From the human T2T-CHM13v2.0 reference genome, Homo sapiens, in NCBI RefSeq assembly GCF_009914755.1, contig NC_060942.1: 64,000 bases of DNA; one strand, 5' to 3'. Shown here piece after piece: positions 34,666-50,477 of this stretch; position 1 is the stretch's first letter; each line of letters begins with the position of its first letter. Both the position numbers and the translations under genes were made by a program. The notes under the pieces were generated by a model. The model was given only the letters and a program-made list of their open reading frames with translations. It had not been told where the DNA came from and searched no databases.

Positions 34666-37600
34666 ACAGAAAACTTTCCAAAACTTGAGAAAGAGATAAA
34701 AACCTAGGTACAGGAGTCAGAGAACACCAAACAAATTCAACCCAAATAAGACCACCCCAATGCATCTAATAATTATTTTATTCCAATTATTCTGGTAACA
34801 GATTTCTCAATAGAAATCATACAAGTCAAGAGGAAGCGGGACAATAATTTCACAGTCTTGAAAGAAAAAAAAATTGCCATGCAACAACACTGTATCCAGT
34901 AATGCTATCCTTTAGATAAGAGAGATAGTCTTTCCCAGATAAACAAAAGCTGAGAGAATTCACTGCCATCAGAATGATCTTACAAGAAATGCTAAAGGGA
35001 ATTCTTCAATCTGAAAATGAAAGAAAACAAAACACTGACATGCAACAAGAAAACATTTGAAGATATAAAATTCACTGATAAAATTAAATACACAGACAAA
35101 CCCAGAATACTCTAATAACACTAATAACATTATTCTAGTGTCCAATCCACTGGTAACTTTAATATAAACCTCAAAAGGCAACTTTATCCAAAATAATAGC
35201 TCCAGCAACCTATTGAAAGATGGCAATATTTTTATTAATTTATATTTTAACTTGAGAAAACATAAAGTCAAAATGTGGGGGTGATGAAATTAAAGTACTA
35301 AGCTTTTTTCTTTGTTTCTATTCCTTTTTTGCAATCTAAGATACATTGTCATCTCCTTATAATAACTTGTTATACCTATACAATGTTTTTGGTAAGCCTC
35401 ATGGAAACCACAATATGAGAACATATAATTATAATAACTATTATATTTTATAATTAACAAAAATGAAAAGCAACAATTTAGAACATACAATCACAAAACA
35501 AAATCACTCAATCACAAAAAAATACACTAAGAAAAGGAAAGAGGAGTTATGAAACAATCAGAACACCAGTAGCAAAATGGCAATAGCAAGTCCTTAGTTA
35601 TCAATAAAAACACTAAATATAAATGAACTCCATTTTCCAATTAAAAGGCATAGCATGGCTGAACGAATAAAGGAACAAGAGCCAAATATATGCTGCCTTC
35701 AAGAAACCCACTTAACCTATAAAGACCCAGACAGACTGAAAGTAAAGAGATGAAAAAAGATATTTCATGCAAATGGAAACCAAAAGTGAACAGGAATAGC
35801 TATACTTACATCAGATAAAACAGACTTTAGACCAAAAACGTAAAAATAGGCAAAGTCATTAAATAATGATACAGGGATCAATTTAGCAAGAGGATATAAT
35901 AACTCTAAACATATACACACATAACACTGGAGCTCTAGAACATATAAAGCAAACATTAATAGATGTCAAGGGAGAGATAAACTGAAATACAAAAATAGTA
36001 GAGGACTTCAACACCCCATTCTCAGTGATGGACATATCATCCAGACAAAAATCAACAAAGAAACATCAAACTTAAACTACACCTGAAGCCAAATAGGCCT
36101 AACTGATGATTCCTTAGGAGAATACCTGTTATTTTCATCAGCACATGGAACATTCTCCAGAATAAACCATATATTAGGCCATAAAACAAGTCTCAACAAA
36201 TTCAAAGATCTTGAAATTACATGAAAAATAATTTCTGACAAAATGAAATAAAACTAGACATCAATAACAAGAGAAAACTTGTAAAATACTCAATACATAA
36301 AAATTAAACAACATGTTCTTGAATGATCATTTGGTCAATGAAGAAACTATGAGGGAAACAAAAATTTCTTGAAACAAATAAAATGGAAATACAACATACC
36401 AAACTCTGTGGGATACCACAAAAGCAGTACTAAAAGATAAATTTATAGCAATAGGTATCTATAACAAAAAACATATAGACTTCAAATATAAAAACTAATT
36501 ATGTACCTCAAGAAACTAGAAAAACAAGAACAAACAAAACCCAAAATAGTAGAAGGAAATAAGTAATGAATTAGAGCATAAATAAAGGGAATTAGGACAA
36601 AAATAAAATCAGTATATCAATGCAATATTTTTTTTTGAGACAGAGTCTCACTCTATCACCCAGGCTGCAGTACAGTGGTTCAATCTCAGCTCACTGCAAC
36701 CTCTGACTCCGAGGTTCAAGCTATTTTCCTGCCTCAGCCTCCCAAGTAGCTGGGATTACAAGTACCTGCCACCATACCCAGCTAAGTTTTGTATTTTTAG
36801 TAGAGGAGGGGTTTCACCATGTTCACCAGGCTAGCCTCAAACTCCTGACCTAAAGTGATCTGCCCACATTGGCCTCCCAAAGTACTGGCATTACAGGTAT
36901 GAGCCACCATGCCAGCAGAAATAAACATTTGTTTTTCTGAAAAGATAAATAAAATTGACAAACCTTTAGCAAGGCTAAGAAAAGAGAATACCCAAATACA
37001 GAAAATTAGACAAAAAAATTGTGACATAACAACTGAAACCTCAGAAACACAAAAAATTTATTACAGACCTCTATGAGTAACTATATACTGACAAATTCGG
37101 AAACCTAGAAGAAACAAATACATTCCTAGACAAATACAATCTTCCAAGATTGAACCACAAACAAATAGAAAACCAGAACAATGTAAAATTTCTTCAATCA
37201 AAGGAAAGCCCAGGACCTGACAGCTTCACTGCTGAATTCTACCAGACATCTAAAGAAAAACTAACACCAATTCTACTCAAACTTTTCAGAAAAATAAAGA
37301 AAAGGCCATACCTCTTAACTCCTTCTACAAAGCAAGTATTTCCCTGATACCAAAACCAGACAAAGACACAATAAAAAAAGAAAACTACAGACAACATCTC
37401 TAATAAAGATAGATGCAGAAGTCCTTGATAAAATCCTAGCAAACAAAATTCAGCAACACAGTGAAAAAACCAAATCACTATAAGCAAGTGGGAATATCCC
37501 ACTGGATACTCTCCACTTGGAATGAAAACATGGTTCACCATATGCAAAACAATCAATGTGATACACACATTAACAGAACCAAGAACAAAGCCCATGTGGT

Positions 37601-38885
37601 CATTTCAATAGATGCTGAAAGAGTATTTGATAAAATTCTATATCCCCGTATGATAAAAAACACTTAAACTGGACATAGAAGGAACATAATCTTAAATTAA
37701 TAAAGGCCAAATATGACAAACTCATAGCAAACATCGGACTGAATGGGGAAAACTTAAAAACCTTTTCTCTAAAAATTTAGAACAAGTCAAGGATGCCCAC
37801 TTTCACCACTTTTATTCAACATAATACTGAAAGTTTTGGCCATAGAAATTAGGTAAGATAAAGAAATAAATGGCATTCAAATTGAAAAGGAAGAAGCCAA
37901 ATTATCCTTGTTCACAGACAGTATGTTCTTATACTTAGAAAACTCTAAAACTCCACCAAAAAACAAAGTCAATAAAGTTGCAGGATACAAAATGCAAAAA
38001 TTAGCATCATTTATATGTGCTAACAGCAAACAATCTGAAAACGAAATTGAGAAAGAAAATCCCATTTACAATAGCTACAAAGACTATAAAAGACCTAAGA
38101 TTCAATTTACCTAATGAAGAGGAAGATTTATACAAGGAAAGCTATAAGACAATGATGAGAGGAATTGAAGAGAAGACCAAAATAATGGAAAGATATCTTA
38201 TGTTCATGAGTGGAAGAATTAATATTGTCAAAATGGCAATACTACACAAACCAATTTACAGACTCAGTGCAATCTCTATCAAATTACCTACCAATGATAT
38301 TCTTTACAGAATTAGAAAAAACAATCTTAAAAATAATATAGAACCACAAAAGAGCCCAAATAGCCAAAGCAATCCTGAGATAAAAGAAGAAACCTGGAGG
38401 CATCACACAACCTGACTTCAAGATAAACTACAAAGCTCTAGTAACCAGCTCAGCATGGTAACTGGCATAAAAACAGACACATAGGCCAATGAAGCAGAAC
38501 AGAGAACCCAGATATAAATCCATGCAGCTATAGCTAACTCATTTTTAATGAAACTTTCAAGAACATACAATGAAGAAAGAACGGTTTCTTCAATAGATGA
38601 TGGTGGGAAAACTGGATATGCAGAAGGAAGAAAATAAATCCCTATCTTTGAACATATGTACAAATTAAATCAAAATGGATTAAAGGCTTAAACCTAAGAG
38701 CTGAAACTACTAAACTACTAGAAGAAAGTATTGGGGAAATACTCCACAACTTTGATCTGGGCAAAGATTTAAGATGATAGATATCTCAATTACACTGATT
38801 TGATCTTTATAAATTATGTGAATGTATTAAATTATCACATGTATCCTGGAAATATGTACATATATTAATAAAAATAAAATTAAAT
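34666..38885 (+). mobile_element. L1MA (L1MA4A/MA5-like) LINE-1: ORF1 3' part, most of ORF2 and 3' terminus; inactivated
   Basis: ORF1 motifs, endonuclease (atatgctgccttcaagaaaccc), SPGPDSFTAEFYQT, RT motif (ttgttcacagacagtatg) and 3' end 'aattacactgatttgatcttta...tatcacatgtatcctggaaatatgtacat'. Confidence 0.9.
36628..36916 (-). mobile_element. AluS inserted in L1
   Basis: Poly(T) followed by antisense Alu dimer 'gagacagagtctcactct...gagccaccatgccagc'. Confidence 0.93.
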
Positions 38886-39029
38886 CTAATATGTGATGTT
38901 TATGCAGGTATATATATACACATATGTACTTACATTTTATATATTTTTATATATATAAATGAAATAATTTAATAAATGGGTGATTACTATATTAAGGAAG
39001 AAGAAAAGAAGAAAAAGAATGGGGTATAA

Positions 39030-39370
39030 GCAACAATGAAAATCCATCATCTAAGAAGTTTCTCAAAACTCATTAATATACAACACCACAAACTCAAGAA
39101 GTACTACAAACCGCAAGAAGAATAATAAAGGGAATAACACTTGACCCATCATAGGAAAATTGCTGAAACCCAAAAACAGAAAGAGTTTTGAAAGCACCCA
39201 GAGTACTTGAAAAGGAGCAGTAAAAACTTATAGCTAACTTCAAGCCAGAAACAATAATGACTGAGTTACATTGTTGAAGTGCAGGAAGAAAATAACTGCC
39301 TAACTGTAATTCTGTGTTCAGTGACAATTTCCTTAACACAAAGGGGGACAATGACATTTTTAAATGATAA
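39030..39370 (+). mobile_element. Old L1M ORF1 fragment
   Basis: 'catcataggaaaattgctgaaacccaaaaacagaaagagttttgaaagcacccag...atagctaacttc'. Confidence 0.55.
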
Positions 39371-39449
39371 GGCAGTGAAGCTAATGCAAAAAGTGAGCTC
39401 TGTCTATATATACTTCTCTATACATGTACTATATATTGTAAAAATTTAA

Positions 39450-40550
<1,101 letters not shown>

Positions 40551-40589
40551 AATTGTACCAAATAAATACAGCATTCAATCTCAGAAACT

Positions 40590-40955
40590 ATTAAAAAAAT
40601 ACCCAGGAACTTAAAAGTATAAGAAAAGAAATAAAATCAACAGCATAAGTTAATAAAAACAAACAAAACTAATGTAATCAAAAAATCCAAAGTTGGTTAT
40701 TTAAAACATTAGTAAAATGTGAACCACTGGGAAGAAGAATCATGAAAAATAAGATTTCATATAGAAAATAGGACTTTATTATGAAAATCAAGGAAAGAAC
40801 TATATTTGAATAAATCAAAAGTAATTAGAATAATTGACTCACAAATTTATATTTTTTTTCTGGAAAGAGGTATCAGCCAGGCCCAGAAAGTTCTGTGGGG
40901 TGTTGTTACCAAAACATGAAAGAACAAATATCCTGCTCTTTATTTTGCACTTTTT
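40590..40955 (+). mobile_element. Old L1M ORF2 fragment
   Basis: 'aatccaaagttggttatttaaaacattagtaaaat', 'ccaggcccagaaagttctgtgggg...ttaccaaaacatgaaagaacaaata'. Confidence 0.5.
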
Positions 40956-40989
40956 GTTAAACATTCACATATTTACTCAAATCCAATTA

Positions 40990-41500
40990 TTTTCTCTCTC
41001 CCATTATTACACCTCTGCTCCATTCCCACTTTCTTTCTCTCTTATAAGATGTATATTGAAACTTTTCATTCTATCCTTCCTCCCTGCCTCTTAAAAATTT
41101 TTAACAATTTTTATTCAGTTCTATTTAATTCACTAATTCTTTCCAGTTGTACCATTCTGTTAAATATTTCTCCTAAATTTTATTTTAATAAATATGATAT
41201 TAGTTTCTGATGCCTGCAATCATTTCATTTTCATATATTCCTTTTTAAAGAAAATTTCTCTCTTGTTTTCAAAGATAATAACTACTTTTTTGGATGACAT
41301 CATTTTTAATGTTTCTTTCCATATGAGTTCTGTATGTTGAATCTTTCATAATGTGTTCAGTAACTTTTATTTAGTACCACTATCTTTGTCCTCTTGTCTG
41401 TACAGCCCACAACAGGTTTTATATTTGTATTTTGCCCTTTCCTCCTCAACTGGTAGTGCTGTTTTGCATGCTTTTGGTATTTCTTTTTTGTTACTCTGTT
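40990..41500 (-). mobile_element. L1 ORF1/HAL1-like fragment
   Basis: T-rich 'aattcactaattctttccagttgtaccattctgttaaatatttc' antisense ORF1-type motif. Confidence 0.4.
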
Positions 41501-41944
41501 TTTGTTTTGTCACTTCTCTCTTGTTTGTTTGTGTTTAGATGCATTTCTTTCTTCCTAGGCCACTGGCAAGAGGTGCTTCTCTGACCATACCCAAGACGGT
41601 TGTAAAATTTATTTGAACTAGAGTTCACTAACTAGCACTAAATCCAGCCCCTAACTCTGACATGCAGATTGTGTTCTCTGCCATGATTTACACATGGTTT
41701 TAAAAGTCCTAAACCACTCTGCCTATATTTTCCTCCACTTTCTTCTTGGTACTAGATTTTGCTCTTACTATTTAGAGTTTTCTAACTGGAACACACATTT
41801 TATCATCATGTATCTTACACACACACACACAATTCTCATGTGTTGGGAGCTGGGTTGTAGGGAGATAATGCATGTGTATACCACTCTGTCTTAACCAGGA
41901 GTTTGTTCCCTTTATTATTCTATCAACTTTCTGGTATTTATTCT

Positions 41945-43132
41945 ATTTTTATTATAAAATTTTCAAATATATGGAAAATTCAAAATAATCATCTTAAAAG
42001 TGAGATAATTTTAACATTTTGCCACATTTGCTTTATCTACATTTCCACATGTGTGTATCTAATTGATATTCAAATTTCCCTAATTGTCTCCAAGGTGTGA
42101 TTATGACTTTTTTCTTTCTAAACCAATCTCTTTTTCCTTATCAAAATAAGTCAGTTGTTATATAAACAGTTCCACATTTTAGAGTTACCTGATTGTTTCC
42201 TCATTATATTGCTAACCTGTTATTATATAATCTGTATCTCTTTAAAACTGAATTTAGGTCTAAAGGCTTTGTAAAATTCAGATTAAACATTTTTGTCAAA
42301 AAAAAACCTCTAGAGGTGATGCTATGTACAACACGTTACCACATCAGAATGCACATATCAAATTGCCAATTATTAGCAATACTAAGTTTGATTATTTGGT
42401 TAAGAGAAAACCACCAGATCTCTTGACCCTAAAGGTATCATTTTCTTTTGCAACTTATAAATAAATGGTAGAGTGGGGCTCTAGCAGTTTGGAAATTTTC
42501 TGTTTCCCACAAACTTCCACCTAATCATTTTAGCATCCATTGGTGATTCTTGCCTAAATCAGTTATTTCTTTAAAGTTTGCTGAACGTTGATTTTCTAAA
42601 TCTATTGTTTCTTCAACTATGTTAACTGGTACTCTTCTACAAAACAAAAATCCTTTATCAACTGTTATATATTGATTTTTTGTGTTTCCCGCAAAGATGT
42701 ATATGTTGAACTCCTAGCCAGCAGTGTGATAGTATTTGGAAATGGGGCCTTTGGGAGATAATTAGGGTTAAGTGAGATCATGAGGATGCAGCTGTCATGA
42801 TGGGATTAGTGCCCTAATAAGAGGCAGCAGAGAAAACTCTTTCTCTCTCTTTTGTCTTTACAATCAATTATAGGTATTTTTTTTTGTATGCAACTTTTTA
42901 CATTCAAATTTGCCCATATTGGTCAATGAAAGCCTCTGCAAACTGGCATCTTATTTCTCTTGATATTCCTACCTTAGACTCTGGATGCATCGTTGCTTTC
43001 TGGCACAAGAAGATGCTCCAAACTCAATTTACATATTCCCTATCTTAGATAGAGTACCAGCCATTTCTCCAAAGATCCATGATTCCTTTTAATGAGGAAA
43101 CTGAGATCTGATTGCTAGATGTTTTCATTGCT
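41945..43132 (-). mobile_element. L1MC4/5-like 3'UTR, interrupted by MLT1A
   Basis: 'ttcagattaaacatttttg', 'ttttagcatccattggtgattcttgcctaaatcagtta', 'ttgctttctggcacaagaagatgctcca', 'cagccatttctccaaagatcc'. Confidence 0.75.
42663..42850 (+). mobile_element. MLT1A-like LTR 5' half
   Basis: 'tatgttgaactcctagcc...gtgtgatagtatttggaaatggggcctttgggagataattaggg...atgggattagtgccctaataagagg'. Confidence 0.8.
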
Positions 43133-43282
43133 AATTCTTTGTTGTAGGGGTTGTTCTGAGTATCACTGGCCTCTTCCCACTGGATACCAGTAGGACCTTC
43201 CCAGTTATAAAAACTAGAAATATCTCCAGACATTGCCAAATATGTCTTGAGGGTCAAAATCACCCCAAGTTGAGAACCTGTG
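43133..43282 (-). mobile_element. MER20 hAT MITE fragment
   Basis: 'tctccagacattgccaaatatgtc...aaaatcaccccaagttgagaacc'. Confidence 0.8.
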
Positions 43283-43715
43283 GCTTACAGGAATGAAAGC
43301 ATTACGTGAATACTCTTCTAAGCCTTGATTTGTTCCTTTTGATAATTCATACTGAAGATGACTCCAAATAAGCACATATAGGTAATCTTCTTTATGTCTT
43401 AAGTCCTCATGGTACTCTATTTTGCAGCAGTATCAGAAAATCCATTTAAACACTCCCTACTTCTGGACAGAGAATAAATTTGTGTCTTTGTTCTTCATAT
43501 GCATTGAGATATATCTTTAGGAAAGATTCCTAAGAATTAGATTTCTGATTAAAAAGCAAAGTGCATGTGTAATTTTGTTTTATGTTATGAAATTTTCCTC
43601 CATAACATTTGTACTGTTTTTCATTTCATCCAGCAATGTGTGACAATGCCCATTTCATAACAGTTTTGCCAACACATTTTATTGTCTGGGGAGTGGAGAA
43701 TGGGCTGGAGGGTGG

Positions 43716-44081
43716 TGATATGGTTTGGCTCTGTGTCCCCACCCAAATCTCATCTTGCAGCTCCCATAATTCCCATGTGTTGTGGGAGGTTTCAGGTGGG
43801 AGATAATCAAATCATAGGGGTGGATCTTTCTCGTGCTGTTATGATAGTGAATGAGTCTCATGAGATCTGATGGCTTTAAAAATGGGAGTTTTCCTGCACA
43901 AGCTCTCTCTTTTTGCCCGCCACCAAACACATAAGATGTGACTTGTTCCTCCTTGCCTTCTGCCATGATTGTGAGGCCTCCCCAGCAACGTGAAACTGTG
44001 AGTCCAATTAAACCTCTCTGTTTTGTAAATTGCCCAGTCTCTGGTATGTCTTTAGCAGCAGCATGAAAACAGACTAATACA
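43716..44081 (+). mobile_element. THE1A/B solo LTR
   Basis: tgatatggtttggctctgtgtcccc...gactaataca with perfect 5-bp TSD GGTGG. Confidence 0.95.
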
Positions 44082-44488
44082 GGTGGATAATAGGGGTTTT
44101 GCTAATTTAATAGATGAAAAGTAGTATTTCCAAGTAGTTTTCTGCATTTCTTTTTTAATATATCTAAGAGCCACTTCCCACACACACTCACCCTACCCCC
44201 ATTAACTCCATGTTTAAATCTTTTTCCTGTTTCTTTTTTCTGCTACATTTTCAGGTTTTGTCATCTCTATTTTTTAAGAACATTTTACATTTCAGTAGAT
44301 ATTCTTTAATATAATTTAGAATTATTTTTTGATTTGTTATTTGTGTTTTGACTATGCTCATGGCAGTTTTTTCTCATTACTTTTTGTATTAAGATTTTTC
44401 CTTTATTGCTTCTGGGTTTCGAGTCATTGTGAGAAAAAAACTTTCCACAATTGGAGATTATAAAATAATTCCATTTTTATATTGCACT

Positions 44489-44856
44489 TGATATGGATCA
44501 GCTCTGGGTCCCCACTCAAATCTCATCTTGAATTGTAATAATCCCCATGTGTCAAGAACGGGGCCAGGTGGAGATAACTGAATCAAGTGAATCATGGGGG
44601 TGGTTTTCCCCATACTGTTCTCATTACAGTGAATAAGTCTCATGAGATCTGATGGTTTTATAAATGGGAGTTCCCTTGCACAAGGTTTTTGCCTGCTGCC
44701 ATGTAAGACATGCCTTTGCTTCTGTTTTGCCTTCCCACATGATTGTGGGACACCTCCCCAGCCATGTGGAACTGTGAGCCCATTAAACCTCTTTCCTTTA
44801 TAAATTACCCAGTCTTGGGTATGTCTTTATTAGCAGTGTGAGAACAGACTAATACA
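44489..44856 (+). mobile_element. THE1B/C solo LTR
   Basis: tgatatgg...aattgtaataatccccatgtgtcaag...gagaacagactaataca; CACT on both flanks. Confidence 0.93.
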
Positions 44857-45807
44857 CACTTGTATGTTCTTACTTTTTATATTTTTATCTAAGATCTATT
44901 TAAAATTTATTTGTGTATGGGTGCAAAGTAAGTAATAAAATGTTATGGCCATCGAATATTTTTTAAACTGTTTATCAAAAGCTCTATTTCTTCCATAGTA
45001 TTTGAAATGTCACCTTTATTATATACCAAATTTCCATATATCCATAAGTTCATTTTTTTAGTCTTCTGTTCTATTCCATGAATGGATTTAGTTTTTCTTA
45101 TCCTGATACCAAAGTGTTTTAAATAGAGATATTGATAACGTATATTTTTAACTTAAAATGAGTATCAATATTATCACTGCACCTATTCAAAATGTTGCTG
45201 GCTGGCCTTGCCTACTTGCTTTTCCTATAAACGTCAGAATCAACAGGGCTAGCATCCAAAAAATAATCTATTATTCAACATGGAGCATCTATTTGTTCAG
45301 GTCTATTTTTGTCTCTTTTCAAGATATTTAAATATTTCCTCATACAGATAGTATACATTTCTTACTAAATATACATACCTGGATATTTTATTGTTTTATT
45401 TGTATTATAAATGGGATATTTACTAATAGTTTGATAAACTAGACTTCATCAAAATTATTTTGATGTGTGTTTAAGATCATTTCAGGAAGATCAATACTAA
45501 CCTAGATTTAGGGAAAAACCCATGGTTCTGTGATATGTAAAGGTCCAAACTAAAATCATGAATAAACATCCCATAATAAGTTAGATGAAGAGAGCTTATA
45601 CTTCTATTTTACTAACAAACTAGCATAATATAGTTGAATAATATTCCTTATTGATATGTGGCCTGATTAATCTGAATATTAATAAAATCCAGTTTAATAC
45701 TAATACAGTATGTTAATTTATGAGATAGTTTGAAATTAAATATTTTGCAAATAGATAATCATACAGATTTTTCAAAAGCATAAGGATATCAAAAAGCAAA
45801 CTATTCA

Positions 45808-46160
<353 letters not shown>

Positions 46161-46169
46161 AGCCGACTG

Positions 46170-46500
46170 AAAAAAGTAAACAAAATGAAATTAATAACTT
46201 TGGATTGTCAAAAAAACACTGTTTAGAAAATGAAAAGACATGCCACAGATTAGGAAAGAAAGTTTGCAAAACATATATCTTATAAAGGACTTGTACCCAT
46301 AATATATAGTTTCCATAATTTAATGTATAAAGCAAAAATCTCAATTAAAAAATAGACAAAATATTTAAATAGACCCGACCAAAAAATATATTAGGTGGAT
46401 GGAAAAAAAAAACCGTGAAAAATGTTCAACATCATTACTCATTAGAGGAACACAAATGGAAACCACAGTGTCATACCACTACACACCTGTTAGAATGCCT
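46170..46500 (+). mobile_element. L1M ORF2 3' fragment
   Basis: 'gaaaatgaaaagacatgccacaga...aaatgttcaacatcattactcattagagg...actacacacctgttagaatg'. Confidence 0.75.
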
Positions 46501-46621
46501 CACATCACAGGAGGTCAAAGGGCCTCACCTAACTCCAAAAGGGCAGGGAGGTATGATCCTAGCCTATGCTCAAAAGGAATGCAGCAAATATTTAGCCAAC
46601 AGCACAGATGACTATCTCACA
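46501..46621 (-). mobile_element. MLT1I/J-like LTR fragment
   Basis: 'ccaaaagggcagggaggtatgatcct...aaatatttagccaacagcacagatgactatctcaca'. Confidence 0.5.
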
Positions 46622-46624
46622 AGG

Positions 46625-47075
46625 TCTTCAGGGCTCTACATGGTCCTTCCTTTAACAACTACTCACACCTAATTGTAAAACATCTCCGTCTTGCTCCCCG
46701 TCCTTCGTCTTCTCAGCCTTTTTTAAAAATCCTTCATACTTTCCATGTTGCTTTCAACCACTGGACTTTCTCACATAAGTGATCCTCTCCCTCGAGTTTT
46801 CTTATCTCTCTTGACCTAGTCCAGTTCTACCCATCTGAAAACACAGTTGACTCTTAATTCATAGGTTAAATGCCCTTCCTCCTTCAGAATGGCTGGAAAT
46901 TTAATACGGATTGTAAAAGTATGTGATTAACATCTCTTTATCTACTAGCCCATAAAGCTCTGAGGGAATGAAGACTACCCTTGATTTTACTTTCCCTTAT
47001 CTCTTTAGTACCTAGTACAACTGTGGCACCTTTTAGGTATTCACTCAACATTGTTGAATCAGTGTGTGAATGAAA
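46625..47075 (+). mobile_element. L2 3' end
   Basis: 'gtaaagctc/ctgagggaatgaagact...cctagtacaactgtggcac...ggtattcactcaacattgttgaat' terminus. Confidence 0.55.
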
Positions 47076-47097
47076 TAATAAGTAAAAAAAAACATGA

Positions 47098-47433
<336 letters not shown>

Positions 47434-47652
47434 ATTAATCACCTATAACTGAAAAACACGCTCACCTCTCCCGGAGGCTTTTGCTTCAAAGCTTGGATGG
47501 AGTGTAAAGAAATGGCATTTTTATCACTGAAGTAAGGTAATGCTGATTATTGATAAAAGCCAAGAGGTAATTTAAAATATATTAAAATATATTCAGATAT
47601 CAAATGAATGTATTATTTCATTACATATTGCCTCTAAAATACAATGGTCTCT

Positions 47653-47805
47653 AGAATCATGGAATTATAGAATGTTAGAAGTTGAAGAGACTTAGAGGTT
47701 TTTTAAACCAGTTGACTTATTTTACAGAAGAAGCAGCTGAGCAAGTTTCTAGTTTAGAGATGACATTGAGAACACTTCTTCTGATTTCTAGTCTAGTGAT
47801 GCTGC
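47653..47805 (-). mobile_element. MIR3-like SINE
   Basis: 'atagaatgttagaagttgaagagacttagagg...ttattttacagaagaagcagctgag'. Confidence 0.55.
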
Positions 47806-48101
47806 TTATTCCTTTTCATTTTAACTTATAAGTCCTATTTTTATCCTCTTTTAATATATTCATAACTGTCTTTTTTCCAATAGGTATTTATTGGACACCT
47901 ATGTTAACCAAAACTGACCTCATCACAATTTACATACCTTATCATCGGGCACATATGGAAAGCAAAATAATTATTCTTTTGTATGCTCATTTGTTTAAAT
48001 CCTTAAATATTGAAGTTGTAAATATTTTAATATGTATTTTCTCTTTTTATAGCATTGACAAAATATTGACTAATAGATTTATTTCTTTACATTGTTTTAG
48101 A

Positions 48102-48258
48102 ATCATGGCTCCCAAAGGTGGCAGATCATGTCACCAGTTCCCAGATGTATCACTCCGATATTCTGAATTTTAAATGCAGATTTTGGGTATCCCCTGAGAA
48201 TTCATATTTTTAAAAAATGCAAGCAATCCAAAAGCACAGCCAGGTTAGAAAATCACTG
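48102..48258 (+). mobile_element. MER5-family hAT MITE
   Basis: 'ctgagaattcatatttttaaaaa...gcacagccaggttagaaaatcactg'. Confidence 0.5.
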
Positions 48259-50072
48259 TCTTAGAGGATTACCAAATTTTGATAAACTTAAAAGCTAATC
48301 TTATGAAACATACCTAGCCCAATCTAAAATAGTGATAATAATACTTGATGGTAATATCATGTAATAGAATAAATGAATTACCTAAGGCTTTTTATTGAAG
48401 CACCCAATTATTTGCACATGCAAAATGTAGTAGAAGCTGGATTGGTTGAACTGATAAAATAATTTAGAATGTGAAATGTCTAAGTCCTATATTATTCAGA
48501 TTTAGAGAGCACCCCTCCTGACATTTCTTTCCGCTGCTTCACAAATGCCATCATCTTTATGACTGTAGCCTTTTTACTTTTCCTTACTGCTATTGCCTTC
48601 CTGCAGACTTTATAGCAGCTTTGACAGTCCCCCTCTTGATTCATTTAACTCCCCCTCCTTCTCTCTGCTGTCTTTTTCCTCCATCTATTTTAAGTTACAA
48701 GGAAAGACAAGAAAATCACAGCCTAAAGGCTTTCAGAATTTAACGTTTTCACTCTATGGAATATATGAATCACCCACTTGCACATTCTGGGGTTTAGTTA
48801 TTTGCTTCTTTTTCCGAAAGAAATTGTTTTTACAGATAGCAAAAACATGTATTTAGATATTGACTCTTTTTTGACACTCTCTCCCCTCTGAAATATCCCT
48901 TGCTCTCTGGTCATACTCAAACATGTTCACAATATGTGACCAGCAAAATAAAACAGAACATGACTAATATGGCACAAAATCTTCAGTGGACAGCATCTTT
49001 AAACTACGTAGTTATATGAATCTGGCCTTAGTTAGTAGAACCAATACAAGCCACTCACTAACAGTAGTTCAAGATTTCATTCCAGGCTAAGCTCTGGGAA
49101 GGAGGAACACTGGCATGGTTTAAGGCCAGTTGTACTTTTCCATCTAGGTGCCAGCCAGGCCCCAGAGTTTATGATATCATGAAGGTTAAAAACTCTTGTG
49201 TTATTAGGTATCGTTTCTTCTATGGAACCTGCTTTTTGGTCATCTTTCTGAAAATCTGTTTCTCAGAAATATATTGAGGGTTAATATGAATCTAGCCTGA
49301 GATGCGTTCCACTAGTGAGGAGTCCTGACACTTGCAATCTAACCAGACCAGGAAGAGAACTGATGAAAAAATGGCAGGTAATGGAGATCTAAACCAGCTG
49401 CTGATACTTTGAGAAGAAACACATGCCTGGATGAGCTTTCCTCTGTTTTGTGTTTGCTGCTGCTTCTCATTGTCAGAATATTAAATCATCAAGGTTCAGG
49501 GAAGGGAACCAGGATGGCTGTATTTAGTCATTGCTACTGAGCCCTCAGACACAGCCCAGCCCAGTTGTGAGGTCTGGTACCAAAGCTGTATAGACATAAG
49601 CCATGGATGTGTTCCCTATTCCTCTTCAACATTTTCTCTCTTAAATCTGCTTCTTGCCATGCTATGTGACTGGATAAAATTGAGAGTTAGGGACTTGAGA
49701 TCCTAGGTCCTGACTTTCTCACTGTCTCTTCTCTCATTGAAATACAACAAAGAATAATCTTTACCAGAGAGAAAACGGTGAGTGTCAATGGCCATTGAAC
49801 AGTGTATGTCATAAATCTAAAAATGAACAAGATTCAGAGTTGCAGGTCAGCACAGCCAAGAACTGACGGAAATAATAAAACAGAACAAAACAATGAGTGA
49901 AGTTTTTAAGTAGCAGAAGATCCAGATAGACACAGGGAGCATCAGACAGAAATCTGAGAATTAACATAATCATAATATACACACATACAAACACAAACAG
50001 AGCCAAGCCAGGGCCAAAAACAATTTCCAAAATAATTCTGTCCATGAAGGCCTCAGATTTTGGAATCCCTAG

Positions 50073-50477
<405 letters not shown>

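Larger units (their letters stand above)
43500..45425 (-). mobile_element. Old L1ME/MD ORF2 3' region hosting two THE1 LTRs
   Basis: Antisense L1 motifs 'ccagcaatgtgtgacaatgcccatttc', 'tttgctaatttaatagatgaaaa', 'atataccaaatttccatatat'. Confidence 0.6.

Noticed and set aside
37150-38415. ORFs with RT/L1-like peptides (SPGPDSFTAEFYQT, GRINIVKMAIL)
   Set aside because: Fragments of frameshifted L1 ORF2; not a functional reverse transcriptase system
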